From: Candidatus Bathyarchaeota archaeon
GTDB taxonomy: Archaea > Thermoproteota > Bathyarchaeia > Bathyarchaeales > Bathycorpusculaceae
Assembly (NCBI GenBank): GCA_963833575.1
Contig: CAWHXY010000007.1
Location: 1 to 64,000, forward strand
Direction: 5' to 3'
Length of the DNA stretch: 64,000 nucleotides
The position numbers and the translations under genes were made by a program. Of this stretch, positions 18,351 to 27,916 are shown in pieces; positions within the stretch are counted from its first letter, which is position 1; each line of letters opens with the position of its first letter. The notes beneath the pieces are model-generated. The model did not search any database, was not told the origin of the DNA, and worked only from the letters and a program-made list of their open reading frames with translations.

Positions 18351-18809
18351 ATGGTTGAACTTACTGCAGAGGCGAATTCAATTGAAAGTAGCTTAATGAG
18401 CTCTCAGTCTAGTCCCTGCAAATGTAAGTCAGAACCCGCCCAAGGCTCTGCAAACACCAGCCCCCTACACCCGCTCCTCTATATTCGTTACAAAGATCAC
18501 GTGTTTTTTAAAAATGTACAAAATCCCAGACCTGAAGCGATCGAGCGTGAGACTATTGGCTGGGTAAAAGAGCAAACTGACGAGGTGTTGCTTCTTGAGA
18601 ATGATCGCGCTATTCCAAGCCAAGGCAAAAATGTTAATGGGCTTATTATTTTGAAAAGCTGTATCCTGGAAGCGCATCCTTTGCTATTACAAAATAATTT
18701 AAAATGGGTTTTAAATCCGGCAAAGCCTACAGTTAATGATGAGTTAGCGTTCCGACCATCGGAGCGAAAAACTCATGGAGCAAAAGACTCCAGAAGGAAA
18801 CAACTATGA
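18351..18809 (+). CDS. Hypothetical protein of the integrase module
   Basis: Strong SD; stop overlaps the integrase start (ATGA). Confidence 0.6.
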   Translation: MVELTAEANSIESSLMSSQSSPCKCKSEPAQGSANTSPLHPLLYIRYKDHVFFKNVQNPRPEAIERETIGWVKEQTDEVLLLENDRAIPSQGKNVNGLIILKSCILEAHPLLLQNNLKWVLNPAKPTVNDELAFRPSERKTHGAKDSRRKQL

Positions 18810-20233
18810 TCCAACGTGAGACGCCAATAGTAGCCCCGACTATAATCCATCAACGTCAACTTTCTGTTGAAGACCTACAAACCCTTAATCTTCCTCTGAC
18901 TTTTCAAGGCGATCAAATAATAATCTTTAGAAGCTTACGCGGCTGGAAACTCAAAACCCCATTAGTCTTAGACCTAAACAAGGTATTAGAAGTCAAAGAA
19001 AAAGGACTCGTCGATTACATCATCAGATCTTGTTTAGAACGACCACGCCTAATTCCATACATATTCGACAATAAAACCATGATAAAACTCGCACGACATT
19101 TCCTACGACATCTCTCAGGCTCATGCAAAAGCTGCCTAGTTTACTCTATCAACGTCAGACAATACGCAAACTGGCTCGGATACACACCAGACCTAATTAT
19201 TCAAGATGTCAAATCCCTAGGCGCAATTCCAGATCCCTTAAAAGTTCAGAACCATTGCGGATTTCTAAATGACTATCTCGCCGAACTACAGGACAATGAT
19301 CTTAAACCTGCAGCAGTCAGCAACTGCATAAAATCAGTAAAAACTTTCTACCGAGTAAACGGCATCGAAATTAAACTTGCAGAACCCCTAAGCAGGAAAC
19401 CATCATACAAAGACAGCGCACCGACACCAGAAGGCATCACAAAAATGCTAGATAAATCTGCAACACGTGAAGCATTCATAATCGCAGCTATATCAACTGG
19501 AGGATTCAGAGAAGGAACATTCTGTAGGCTAAAATATCGTCACGTAAAAGAAGACCTAGAAGCCAATGTTATTCCAATACATATTCATGTCGAAGCCGAA
19601 ATAACAAAAGGAAAATACCACGATTATGACACTTTTCTAAACCCTGAAGCAAGTTCTCTGCTCAAAATGTATATCGCAGACAGAAGACGTGGAACACCAT
19701 TTACTCCACCCGAAGAAATTAACGATGAATCTCCGCTAATACGAAACGAGCATGTTTCACAAAGAATAGTAGGCATCAGCGAAAAAGCAATAAGAAAAAT
19801 TGTTCATACAACAGCCGTTAACGCAGAGGTTTCAAAGAAAATACCTAACAGCTGGATGTACACAGTTAGAACTCACAGCCTAAGAAAATACTTCAGAACC
19901 CAAATGAGTAGATCCAAAGTAGACAGCGAAATCATCAGATACTTCATGGGCAAAACAATCGACACCTATGAAGACGTCCAAAGCTTAGGAATAAACACAC
20001 TTAGAAGCCTCTACAATTCAGCAGGACTTACAATTAGACCTAAAACTCAGATGAATAGAATTGAACAACTTAAAGAAATCATACGAGCTTGGGGAGATAA
20101 CCCAGAAGAAATCTTAACCAAAGATGCGTTATTGCGGGGCAACATAACTGAGACCCAAGATCAGAACAGTGCTCATCAATTAACATTACTTGCTGAGCAG
20201 CTGAAACAGTTGATTAAACGGGAGGTCTCATAA
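18806..20233 (+). CDS. Tyrosine recombinase/integrase (XerC/D-like fold)
   Basis: SAM-like core-binding domain; catalytic R (GGFREG), K (TKGK), HSLRKYF, MGK...DTY. Confidence 0.92.
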   Translation: MIQRETPIVAPTIIHQRQLSVEDLQTLNLPLTFQGDQIIIFRSLRGWKLKTPLVLDLNKVLEVKEKGLVDYIIRSCLERPRLIPYIFDNKTMIKLARHFLRHLSGSCKSCLVYSINVRQYANWLGYTPDLIIQDVKSLGAIPDPLKVQNHCGFLNDYLAELQDNDLKPAAVSNCIKSVKTFYRVNGIEIKLAEPLSRKPSYKDSAPTPEGITKMLDKSATREAFIIAAISTGGFREGTFCRLKYRHVKEDLEANVIPIHIHVEAEITKGKYHDYDTFLNPEASSLLKMYIADRRRGTPFTPPEEINDESPLIRNEHVSQRIVGISEKAIRKIVHTTAVNAEVSKKIPNSWMYTVRTHSLRKYFRTQMSRSKVDSEIIRYFMGKTIDTYEDVQSLGINTLRSLYNSAGLTIRPKTQMNRIEQLKEIIRAWGDNPEEILTKDALLRGNITETQDQNSAHQLTLLAEQLKQLIKREVS

Positions 20234-20394
20234 AATAAATCCAATTAACTGGTATATCTTATCACCTCGAAGGCGTGACTTCTTTCGACGGCGCCATATT
20301 ATTCTTATTTTCAAAAGATTCATAGAATAGTTCAAAGAAGTTCTGTGTATTTTTCGCAGAAACTGAGAATTTTTATAGAAAATGTGTTTTTGAT

Positions 20395-21093
20395 TTAAAT
20401 GGCCGTAAGTAGTACGGCAATTATACCGCTTAAGAATACGCCGTCGAAGGTGCCCGCGCCCCCGATGCTTGCAACAGGTGCACCAAGCTTGGGAATTTTC
20501 CTCAGGTTAAGCAGGTCTGCTCCTATTAGTGTTCCAAGTGTGCCTGCGACATATGCGATTGTTTTTGGTTGCGATGGGAGAAGGACGAGTGCCACTACTG
20601 CTGCAACTATCGGCGGAATAAACGCTGGAGTAGCTATGCCCACGCCTTTGACCGGTCTAGCTACAGCATGAGTTACGATAGCTACAACTAAAATTCCTAC
20701 GAAGCTTAGGAGGATAGTTGATGTTGAGCATTTGCTTAGCAGATAGATGCTCACAGCAGTTGGTATCAGGGCGCCTCCGACGTTGATTGCGACCACTGTA
20801 ATGGCTTGTCCGTACTCCATTTGGGGAATTCGATAGTTTACGCCAAACCAGTTGACAAATTCATCGCGGATAATCGGTATTTTTGTTTTCAGTTTGATCA
20901 CTGGAATGTTTACAAAGCTTCCAACTAAGGTACCGACCAAAATAAACAAGATAGTGACTGGGGTAAAGCCTACATTTTCAAATGCAACACTTACTACACC
21001 AATAAAAACTAGGGCAACAACAGCAAAAAGCAAGACTGCTAAAAGAACGAAGAACAGAAAACTGTGCTGGAAATAAATTGTTTTCCGGCTCAT
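20395..21093 (-). CDS. DUF1614 family membrane protein
   Basis: GSFVNIP, AINVGGALIP, GTLIGADLLNL, SIGGAGTFDGVF motifs. Confidence 0.88.
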   Translation of the reverse strand: MSRKTIYFQHSFLFFVLLAVLLFAVVALVFIGVVSVAFENVGFTPVTILFILVGTLVGSFVNIPVIKLKTKIPIIRDEFVNWFGVNYRIPQMEYGQAITVVAINVGGALIPTAVSIYLLSKCSTSTILLSFVGILVVAIVTHAVARPVKGVGIATPAFIPPIVAAVVALVLLPSQPKTIAYVAGTLGTLIGADLLNLRKIPKLGAPVASIGGAGTFDGVFLSGIIAVLLTAI

Positions 21094-21214
21094 AGATTCA
21101 CAGCTTGATAGGTTGTTTTCAGAAGTAAACTCTTAAGAAATGACTTTATTTAGATTGCCTATATAAAAAATTTTGCCGCTGATATAAAATTTTAAATTGT
21201 GAGTTGGAGAATTC

Positions 21215-22567
21215 CTAAAATTTAACCCTTTTTCTTCTTACCTTTAGAACTGAATTTGTAATCGCAAATGCGACTAGAATGCCTGCGGCAATTGCGTAAA
21301 TGTAAATCATAATTGGGTAAGACAGCCAGGAGCTGTCTTGTTGAGTGCGTTGTGGGGTCGTAGAGGATAGGATTGGACTTGGGGATTGCGTGGTTGGCAC
21401 GTTGGGAATAAGGCTTGTATCATTCCAATAAATGATTCGTTTGTATCCTATCGATTGAACTGTTTGAGATCCATCAGGGTAAACTATGTCTAGGTTATTT
21501 CCGCAAATTTGCATAAGTGTTTTTATGCTCATGCTTATGTCGATAGTAAGATTATCAGCTGGCCAAAGTCCCCAAATTTTATCTTCTGGACCGCGAAAAC
21601 CATAGGCGTAATCGTCGGGAAGAACGTATGCAATCCTGTCGCTTACTGAGGTTACAGTTCGAGGGTTAGCCTGAGTATATTGCCAGAACTCCTTAATCGC
21701 ATCAAGCTGGGTTTGCGTTAGAACATTTTGCGTCCAGTCTATATTGCTGTCAAACACAAAAATGTATTTTGCGCCATTTTCATAGGCCAAAACCATGTCA
21801 TTGTAAAGCTCCATTCCAGACTCCATGTAAGGCGGCTGAGTGTATTTCCAAGTTATCATGATCCCCCAATCCTTGTTTTGAGCGGTAGCTGCTCCTCTAA
21901 CAAGATCCAGATTTAGAGTCCGGTCATAATTAAGGGCAAATTCAGCAAAAACCGTGTCATACCCTGCCTGATAATCATACCAGTAAAGTGCATAGTCTGA
22001 TGTAAACAAAGGAAATTCTGTAGGATAAGCAAAATTATTTGTAATCGAAAATAGCCCACTACGTAGATATCCATTTACGCTCTGAACATACTTGGTTGCA
22101 GCGTCACTGTAGTTGGTCGCATTTTTTACGGCTGGTAATTTTGCTTGGTCAAGTTGTTTTCCACCTGGTTCATCTAAATAATAAATTCCAAGAAAACGGT
22201 TCCCCCAATTGTTTTTGGCGTCTGAAAGCCATTGAGCTGAGGGGTATTTGGGGTAGTCTGAGTATATTATGAAGGACAACCCTTTGTCATAGACGTATTG
22301 GCTGATAATACTTAGTCTTGTTAAATTGTTATTTCCATTACATCCTATTATGAAGGCGTTGGTGTAAGAACTAACATTATCAATTAACTGTTCAGTTAAA
22401 GGTATGCTTTCATAGGCAACGTCTACTCCTAAGAAGAAGCTTGGTGATGTTGTGGCAGTAGCGGCTTTTGAAGTCAAATTGTAGTTTAGGAACAAAGGTA
22501 AAATTAGCAAGAAAACTAGCAGAACAGTCAGTTGCTTATGCTTCATTTGATCTAACTTCGATTTCAT
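21215..22567 (-). CDS. Secreted TIM-barrel/glycoside hydrolase-like protein with C-terminal TM anchor
   Basis: Signal peptide; FLGIYYLDEPGG, FTSDYALYWYDY; TM + basic tail. Confidence 0.7.
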   Translation of the reverse strand: MKSKLDQMKHKQLTVLLVFLLILPLFLNYNLTSKAATATTSPSFFLGVDVAYESIPLTEQLIDNVSSYTNAFIIGCNGNNNLTRLSIISQYVYDKGLSFIIYSDYPKYPSAQWLSDAKNNWGNRFLGIYYLDEPGGKQLDQAKLPAVKNATNYSDAATKYVQSVNGYLRSGLFSITNNFAYPTEFPLFTSDYALYWYDYQAGYDTVFAEFALNYDRTLNLDLVRGAATAQNKDWGIMITWKYTQPPYMESGMELYNDMVLAYENGAKYIFVFDSNIDWTQNVLTQTQLDAIKEFWQYTQANPRTVTSVSDRIAYVLPDDYAYGFRGPEDKIWGLWPADNLTIDISMSIKTLMQICGNNLDIVYPDGSQTVQSIGYKRIIYWNDTSLIPNVPTTQSPSPILSSTTPQRTQQDSSWLSYPIMIYIYAIAAGILVAFAITNSVLKVRRKRVKF

Positions 22568-22899
22568 GACCTAATAAGACTTTTCCAAAATCATCAAAAC
22601 GAGAATTGATCTGAGTTTTTGCTGAATCAGATAGTCTTCTTTGTTGCTGCCTTTTTACAGGTTATGTTGATCGAAACGAGTTCATTCAAAAAACTTCGGT
22701 ATATAATGCAACTTTAACGCTCATTAGACCCAACAAGAATCATGTGAACAATGACAAACAATTTCAAAAATGCTTGAGATTTTTTGATTATTTAACGAAA
22801 TTCCAATTCGACCTTGAATATGCAAAAGCTTTTTAACAATTTACATAGCAAACAATCTTGTCTCGATGAGGCTAAAATGGGTTTAGGGGATATGAGTTT

Positions 22900-23124
22900 T
22901 TGATTAATGGAGAAAGCGTTTTTCGAAAACAAGAGCAAATCGCTCGCGAAATAGTCCCAGAAAACAAGAAAATAAGATATTGCACGGGCTGCCATCAATC
23001 TATTGGCATTATATCAACTATGCTTTATGAGATTGATGAAAAGCTGTACTGTTCCGAATGTTATTCTCGAATGATAAGCAGTAAAGCAGTAGAGAGAGAT
23101 CATTCGGATATAATGCACGCGTAA
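22900..23124 (+). CDS. Small Zn-finger protein
   Basis: CTGC...YCSEC motif. Confidence 0.5.
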   Translation: MINGESVFRKQEQIAREIVPENKKIRYCTGCHQSIGIISTMLYEIDEKLYCSECYSRMISSKAVERDHSDIMHA

Positions 23125-23228
23125 GAAGCTCAAAAATAGTCTGCAACAAAAATCATCGCGAAGAAGCTCCTTAAGTAGTGTTGGCTATTCACTTATATTT
23201 TAGGAAAGGCTATGAATGTGAAAACTTT

Positions 23229-24671
23229 TTAGCCCTCTGCGATAGGCGCGCTGGTTTGAGCTTTCTTGATTCTTCCGCCGATCAAAGCAGGTATGATTGC
23301 TAAGGTGTTAACGACTGCGAACACGAAGTAAGTGTTTTTTAAGCTAGCTAAAAAGAGCGCTATTCCTCCAGCAGGTATCGATTGCGGATTTGCGGCAGTT
23401 AATATCTGCGTAATTAGGTTGTAAGGTGCCGTGAAGGACATAACTAGTACTGCAAGGTTTAAGCTTACAGTTAAGCCAATGTTTAAAAATAGTGTAAACA
23501 GTGCTGAGCCGATTCCATGTCTTTCGGGAGGAACCGAACTCATTACAGCTCTTAAGTTTGGAGCAACAAAAAGTCCTGTGCCAACTCCCAACAATGCCAT
23601 GAAGATGCTAAGGACCAAATATGGTGTTGTTGCGTTGGTGGTTGAGAATAAAAATAGTGCTGTGCTACATAAAACCAAACCTGTTATGGTAAATTGAGAT
23701 TGCCCATATTTGTCTGCTAATCTTCCACTTAGGGGTCCAACTGCTAAGAAGGCTATTTCAAACGGTAGAATTCTTAAACCCGCTTGAAGAGGACTGAGAT
23801 TCTCTACTAGTTGAAACTGCAGACTTAATAATAATAGGACTCCTGTCCACGTTATTATGTTCAGCAATGAAGCGAATAATCCACCTGAAACCTCCCTGAT
23901 CCTGAAAACTTTCAAATAAATGAGGGGACAATCAACACTTCGTTCATACAATAGAAAAACAACAATCAAAGCCGCGGCACTGGCTAAAAGAACATACGCT
24001 GTCGTTAATCCGTTTGTCCCATATGCGCCGTATGTTAATCCAACCATTAGACAAAACAGAAACCCCGTGAATAGCGCAAAGCCTATCCAATCGATGTGCC
24101 TGTCTTGGTCTAGAAGAGCAGTTTCTTGAAGTTGTCTTCTTGCCCAAAATGTTCCAAAAATCCCAATCGGAATGTTAATGTAGAATAATGCTCGCCAATC
24201 AAAAAACGAAAGGATTAAGCCGCTAAGAGTTAAGCCTAAGAGTGCTCCTGCTCGAAAAGCTATTTGATTTATGCCTAAAAATAGCCCTAGCTGGTTCCTT
24301 GGCGCTGCGTCTGTTGCTATGGCAATGCTGTTTGTGAACACTAATGCTGCGCCCACTCCTTGTACCCCTCTAAAAATAATGACTTCCGTTGGATTTTGAC
24401 CGAGGCTGGTCAAAGCTGAGCCCACAGTGAATAAGGCAAAGCCGTACGTGTAAATTTTTACTCTTCCGAAGATGTCGCCTAAACGCCCAATTATGGAAAG
24501 TGTTAAAGTGTTGGTTAAAACGTAGGCTTGAGTTATCCAAATTGCCTGTTCAATATTTGCTTTTAATTGTTCTGAAACCTGGGGTAGACCGATTATTACT
24601 ATTCTGGTGTCTAAACCAACCATTAAGATTCCGATTGTAGTAACGGTTAACGCTACCCACTTATACTGCAT
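23229..24671 (-). CDS. MFS transporter, DHA2 (EmrB/QacA) type
   Basis: GRLGDIFGR motif A, WRALFYINIPIG, many TM helices. Confidence 0.92.
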   Translation of the reverse strand: MQYKWVALTVTTIGILMVGLDTRIVIIGLPQVSEQLKANIEQAIWITQAYVLTNTLTLSIIGRLGDIFGRVKIYTYGFALFTVGSALTSLGQNPTEVIIFRGVQGVGAALVFTNSIAIATDAAPRNQLGLFLGINQIAFRAGALLGLTLSGLILSFFDWRALFYINIPIGIFGTFWARRQLQETALLDQDRHIDWIGFALFTGFLFCLMVGLTYGAYGTNGLTTAYVLLASAAALIVVFLLYERSVDCPLIYLKVFRIREVSGGLFASLLNIITWTGVLLLLSLQFQLVENLSPLQAGLRILPFEIAFLAVGPLSGRLADKYGQSQFTITGLVLCSTALFLFSTTNATTPYLVLSIFMALLGVGTGLFVAPNLRAVMSSVPPERHGIGSALFTLFLNIGLTVSLNLAVLVMSFTAPYNLITQILTAANPQSIPAGGIALFLASLKNTYFVFAVVNTLAIIPALIGGRIKKAQTSAPIAEG

Positions 24672-24845
24672 AAAAACCTGTCCAAAATATATGCGGCTAA
24701 ATCCGCAAATAGTTAATTGTGATTTAACGTAATTAACTTTTCAGTAAAACTAACCGTAGTGTGCTACTTTTGGATTGTTAGTTGGTAATCAACTAAATGA
24801 TACAATCAATTATTGCCCGAATTTATTAAATTAAATAAAAAAAAC

Positions 24846-26126
24846 TTATGTTTCCTTTTCCTTTATTTCGAAATTCTGCTTTAGGAACGCTATTGAGTTA
24901 TTCGGCAAATCTCTTTCAACCATTAAGTTTGGTCCTACCCAGCTGTTTGTTCCAACCTTTACTCCAGGCATAAAGAGTGACTTAATCCCCGTTTTCACAT
25001 TGTCACCTAAGACCGCGCCGAGCTTTCTCCTACCAGTGTTAACCACTTGGCCTTTCACCATCATTTTGATTGATCCAGAGTCAAAACGATAATTAGCCAT
25101 CACTGTGCCCGCGCCTAAGTTGCATTGCTCGCCGAGAATGCTGTCGCCAACATAAGACAAATGTCCGACATGCGTTTTGTCCATGATAATGCTGTTTTTA
25201 ATTTCGCAAGCGTTGCCTACACGAACTTTTTTGCCTAAGCTTGTTCCTGGTCGAATGTAACAGTTTGGACCAATGTCGCATTCTTCATCGACAAAGCAGG
25301 GTCCTTCAATGTATGCACCCGAGCGGATACGTGCTGACTCTGCAACAGAAACTGGTCCAATGAGGTGTGCACCCTGTTCAACCGTGCCCAAAACTTGAGG
25401 GTCCATGCGTTTCAATGCCCAATTGTTAGCATCTAGTAAATCCCAAGGTCGGCCTACATCAAACCAGTCATCTTTTGAGAGCTCAGAAACCAAAACCGTT
25501 TTGCCCTCGCTAGCAAGCTGGGTAACGGCATCGGTGAGTTCCCATTCTCCTCTAACAGAAGATTTTGTTTGTTTTATATTACCGAATACGTCAGAGGAAA
25601 AAACGTAAACTCCAGCGTTAGCCAAGTTTGACGGCGCTTTTTCAGCAGAAGGCTTTTCTACAATGCGCTTAATCTTTTTTTGCTTATCTAACTCTACAAT
25701 CCCATAGTTTTCTGGTTTATCGACTGGAACAACACCCATAACGGCAGCGGATCCACCATGATTGTACAATTCTAAAATGTTTTTTACTACATTCTGACCG
25801 AACAACAAATCTCCGTAAACGAGTACAAAATCGTCCTCCACATACGGTTCAGCCACACCCGCCGCATTTCCAGTACCAAGAATTTCTTTCTGCTCAACGT
25901 AACTAATGTGTAAGCCAAACTCTTCTCCGTCGCCAAAGTATTGGCAAATTGCGTCACCCATATAATGCGTAACAATTATGACCTCAGTTATTCCAGCAGC
26001 CTTTACCGCTTCCAAACAAAACTGCAAAATTGGTTTTCCACCGACTTTAATCAAATGCTTAGGGCGTGTCGCGGTTACGGGCAAAAGCCTGAGTCCTTCG
26101 CCAGCTGCTAGTAATACTGCTTTCAT
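24846..26126 (-). CDS. glmU: Bifunctional sugar-1-phosphate nucleotidylyltransferase/acetyltransferase (GlmU type)
   Basis: LAAGEGLRL..T..RPK; hexapeptide repeats; HLSYVGDS. Confidence 0.88.
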   Translation of the reverse strand: MKAVLLAAGEGLRLLPVTATRPKHLIKVGGKPILQFCLEAVKAAGITEVIIVTHYMGDAICQYFGDGEEFGLHISYVEQKEILGTGNAAGVAEPYVEDDFVLVYGDLLFGQNVVKNILELYNHGGSAAVMGVVPVDKPENYGIVELDKQKKIKRIVEKPSAEKAPSNLANAGVYVFSSDVFGNIKQTKSSVRGEWELTDAVTQLASEGKTVLVSELSKDDWFDVGRPWDLLDANNWALKRMDPQVLGTVEQGAHLIGPVSVAESARIRSGAYIEGPCFVDEECDIGPNCYIRPGTSLGKKVRVGNACEIKNSIIMDKTHVGHLSYVGDSILGEQCNLGAGTVMANYRFDSGSIKMMVKGQVVNTGRRKLGAVLGDNVKTGIKSLFMPGVKVGTNSWVGPNLMVERDLPNNSIAFLKQNFEIKEKET

Positions 26127-27487
26127 TTTATATCAGCCTCCACTTGTTTCTTTATTAGTGCTGTAGCCTTTTCAGTTATATTATTTGCCACTTCTAACGA
26201 TTCTCCTTCAACAGTTAGACGGATCAAAGGTTCAGTGCCAGAAGCCCGTACCAATAGCCAACCATCTTTTAGCGCCAATCGGACGCCATCAACTGTTGAG
26301 AAATCAAGATAAGATGGAAAAGCTATCTTTAAGTTGTTACCGATTTCTTCTACTATTTTATACTTCTTTAGATTGTTACAGATGATATTTTCGCGTTGAG
26401 TAACGTACTCTGGGACTTTAGAAATAAACTGGCTTATTGAATTGTTTTCTTCTTCCAATGCCTTTAACATCAGTGCCGCAGAAAGAGGTCCATCGGGGCA
26501 GTAATGATGCTTAGGATGTACCCATGCACCACATGGTTCACCGCCAAAAACTGCATTCGACAGTTTTATGGCTTCTGAAACGTAAATGTCTCCAACTTTG
26601 GTGCGTATGACTTTGCCGCCCTGCGCATGCACCATTGTTTCAACACACATTGACGCTTCAACATTTGTCACCACTACTTTGCCGCTACTCTGTTTCAGTG
26701 CATAGGCAGAGTATGCTGCTAATGAACGGTCAAAGTTAACAAAGACGCCTTTCTCATCAACGAATGCCACTCGGTCACCGTCACCGTCAAAAGCTATCCC
26801 TAAATCAGCGCCGAGATTTTTGACCACGTTTGACAAATCCTTGAGCGATTCAGTGTTCGGCTCAGATTTGCGGGCTGGGAAATATCCGTCTGGTTGAGCG
26901 TTTAGAGCAGTCACTTTGCAACCCATGGATTTGAGCATTTTTGGGGCAATATCAAAAGTTGCACCACATCCGGGGTCAACCACTACATGCCAATGCTTTT
27001 GGAGTGAGACAGCTTTTAGAACCATTTTCAAATAGACTTCGCTTGCGTCAACTAGGGTGGTTTTGCCTAGACTACGCCAATCAGCTAACGCAAAAGTTCC
27101 TTCCTTCACTATTTTTTCTACAGCATCTTGATCCTCGTCTGAATAGGAAAGGGTGTCGGCATTGAAGACTTTAATTCCATTATATTGTGGGGGGTTATGT
27201 GAAGCAGTTAGCATGAAACCGGCGTCTGCTTTTAGCGCTTTGGTTGCGTAAGCTAGGGTTGGTGTAGGAACCATACCGGCTAATAAGACATCTGTGCCGC
27301 TTGAAAGTAGACTTGAAACTAACGCATCTTCAAGTATGTTTCCTGAAACCCTTGTGTCACGAGCTACAATTGCTTTTTTGGCTTTTGCATGTGCTGCCAC
27401 AGCTAAGCCGACTTTGCATGCGAGTTGCGGTGTTAGTTCAACATTTGCTAAGCCTCTAACGCCTGAGCTGCCAAACAGTTTAGCCAT
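26123..27487 (-). CDS. glmM: Phosphoglucosamine mutase
   Basis: LFGSSGVRG, TASHNP, DGDGDR, RASGTEP. Confidence 0.9.
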   Translation of the reverse strand: MAKLFGSSGVRGLANVELTPQLACKVGLAVAAHAKAKKAIVARDTRVSGNILEDALVSSLLSSGTDVLLAGMVPTPTLAYATKALKADAGFMLTASHNPPQYNGIKVFNADTLSYSDEDQDAVEKIVKEGTFALADWRSLGKTTLVDASEVYLKMVLKAVSLQKHWHVVVDPGCGATFDIAPKMLKSMGCKVTALNAQPDGYFPARKSEPNTESLKDLSNVVKNLGADLGIAFDGDGDRVAFVDEKGVFVNFDRSLAAYSAYALKQSSGKVVVTNVEASMCVETMVHAQGGKVIRTKVGDIYVSEAIKLSNAVFGGEPCGAWVHPKHHYCPDGPLSAALMLKALEEENNSISQFISKVPEYVTQRENIICNNLKKYKIVEEIGNNLKIAFPSYLDFSTVDGVRLALKDGWLLVRASGTEPLIRLTVEGESLEVANNITEKATALIKKQVEADIK

Positions 27488-27537
27488 AGTTTTGCACCTT
27501 TGAAGTGTTATCTTTACTTGATGATAAAGTTTGCATG

Positions 27538-27670
27538 CCTAAAAAATTTTTACATCTACCTTCAAGCCTTGGTCATCTATTATTTTGGAGCGCCCCAGAA
27601 TCAACTTCGAAACCTACACTTTGCAGAGATTTTAAGGCATCATAAAAAGTGACTTTCTCATGTAAGCGAT
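27538..27670 (-). pseudogene. Remnant of an AbrB/MraZ-like gene homologous to 47721-47996
   Basis: Minus strand reads LHEKVTFYDALKS / frameshift / CKV*VSKLILGRSKIIDDQGLKVDV, which aligns with LTEPIDIQTILEKGNRVQIPKIIQYKIESDQVLNVGL. Confidence 0.5.
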
Positions 27671-27707
27671 TTATTTCTTAGTTCTAACATTATGCATGAA
27701 CATTTAG

Positions 27708-27787
27708 AACGCAAAAGAACGCAGATAAACGCAAAAAGACGCAAGATAACTTAGAAAGACGCAGAAACACGCGAAAACACGCAACCT
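27708..27787. repeat. Tandem array, 8 units, exact 10-bp period (core ACGC)
   Basis: aacgcaaaag aacgcagata aacgcaaaaa gacgcaagat aacttagaaa gacgcagaaa cacgcgaaaa cacgcaacct. Confidence 0.85.
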
Positions 27788-27916
27788 GCAAACACAGCAA
27801 ACCCTAAACCAAAAAAGTAACTCAAACCAGCTTGAACAAAAAAAGAAAAACCCCTCAATTGTACGGTATATAGTTGCTTACAAAAATTCCTGAACAGAAA
27901 ACAACAACGTCATTAA

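Noticed and set aside
20234-20300. Possible tRNA-derived att site after the integrase (…ttcgacggcgcca)
   Set aside because: Ends in CCA but has no recognisable T-arm or cloverleaf and no second copy in the window.
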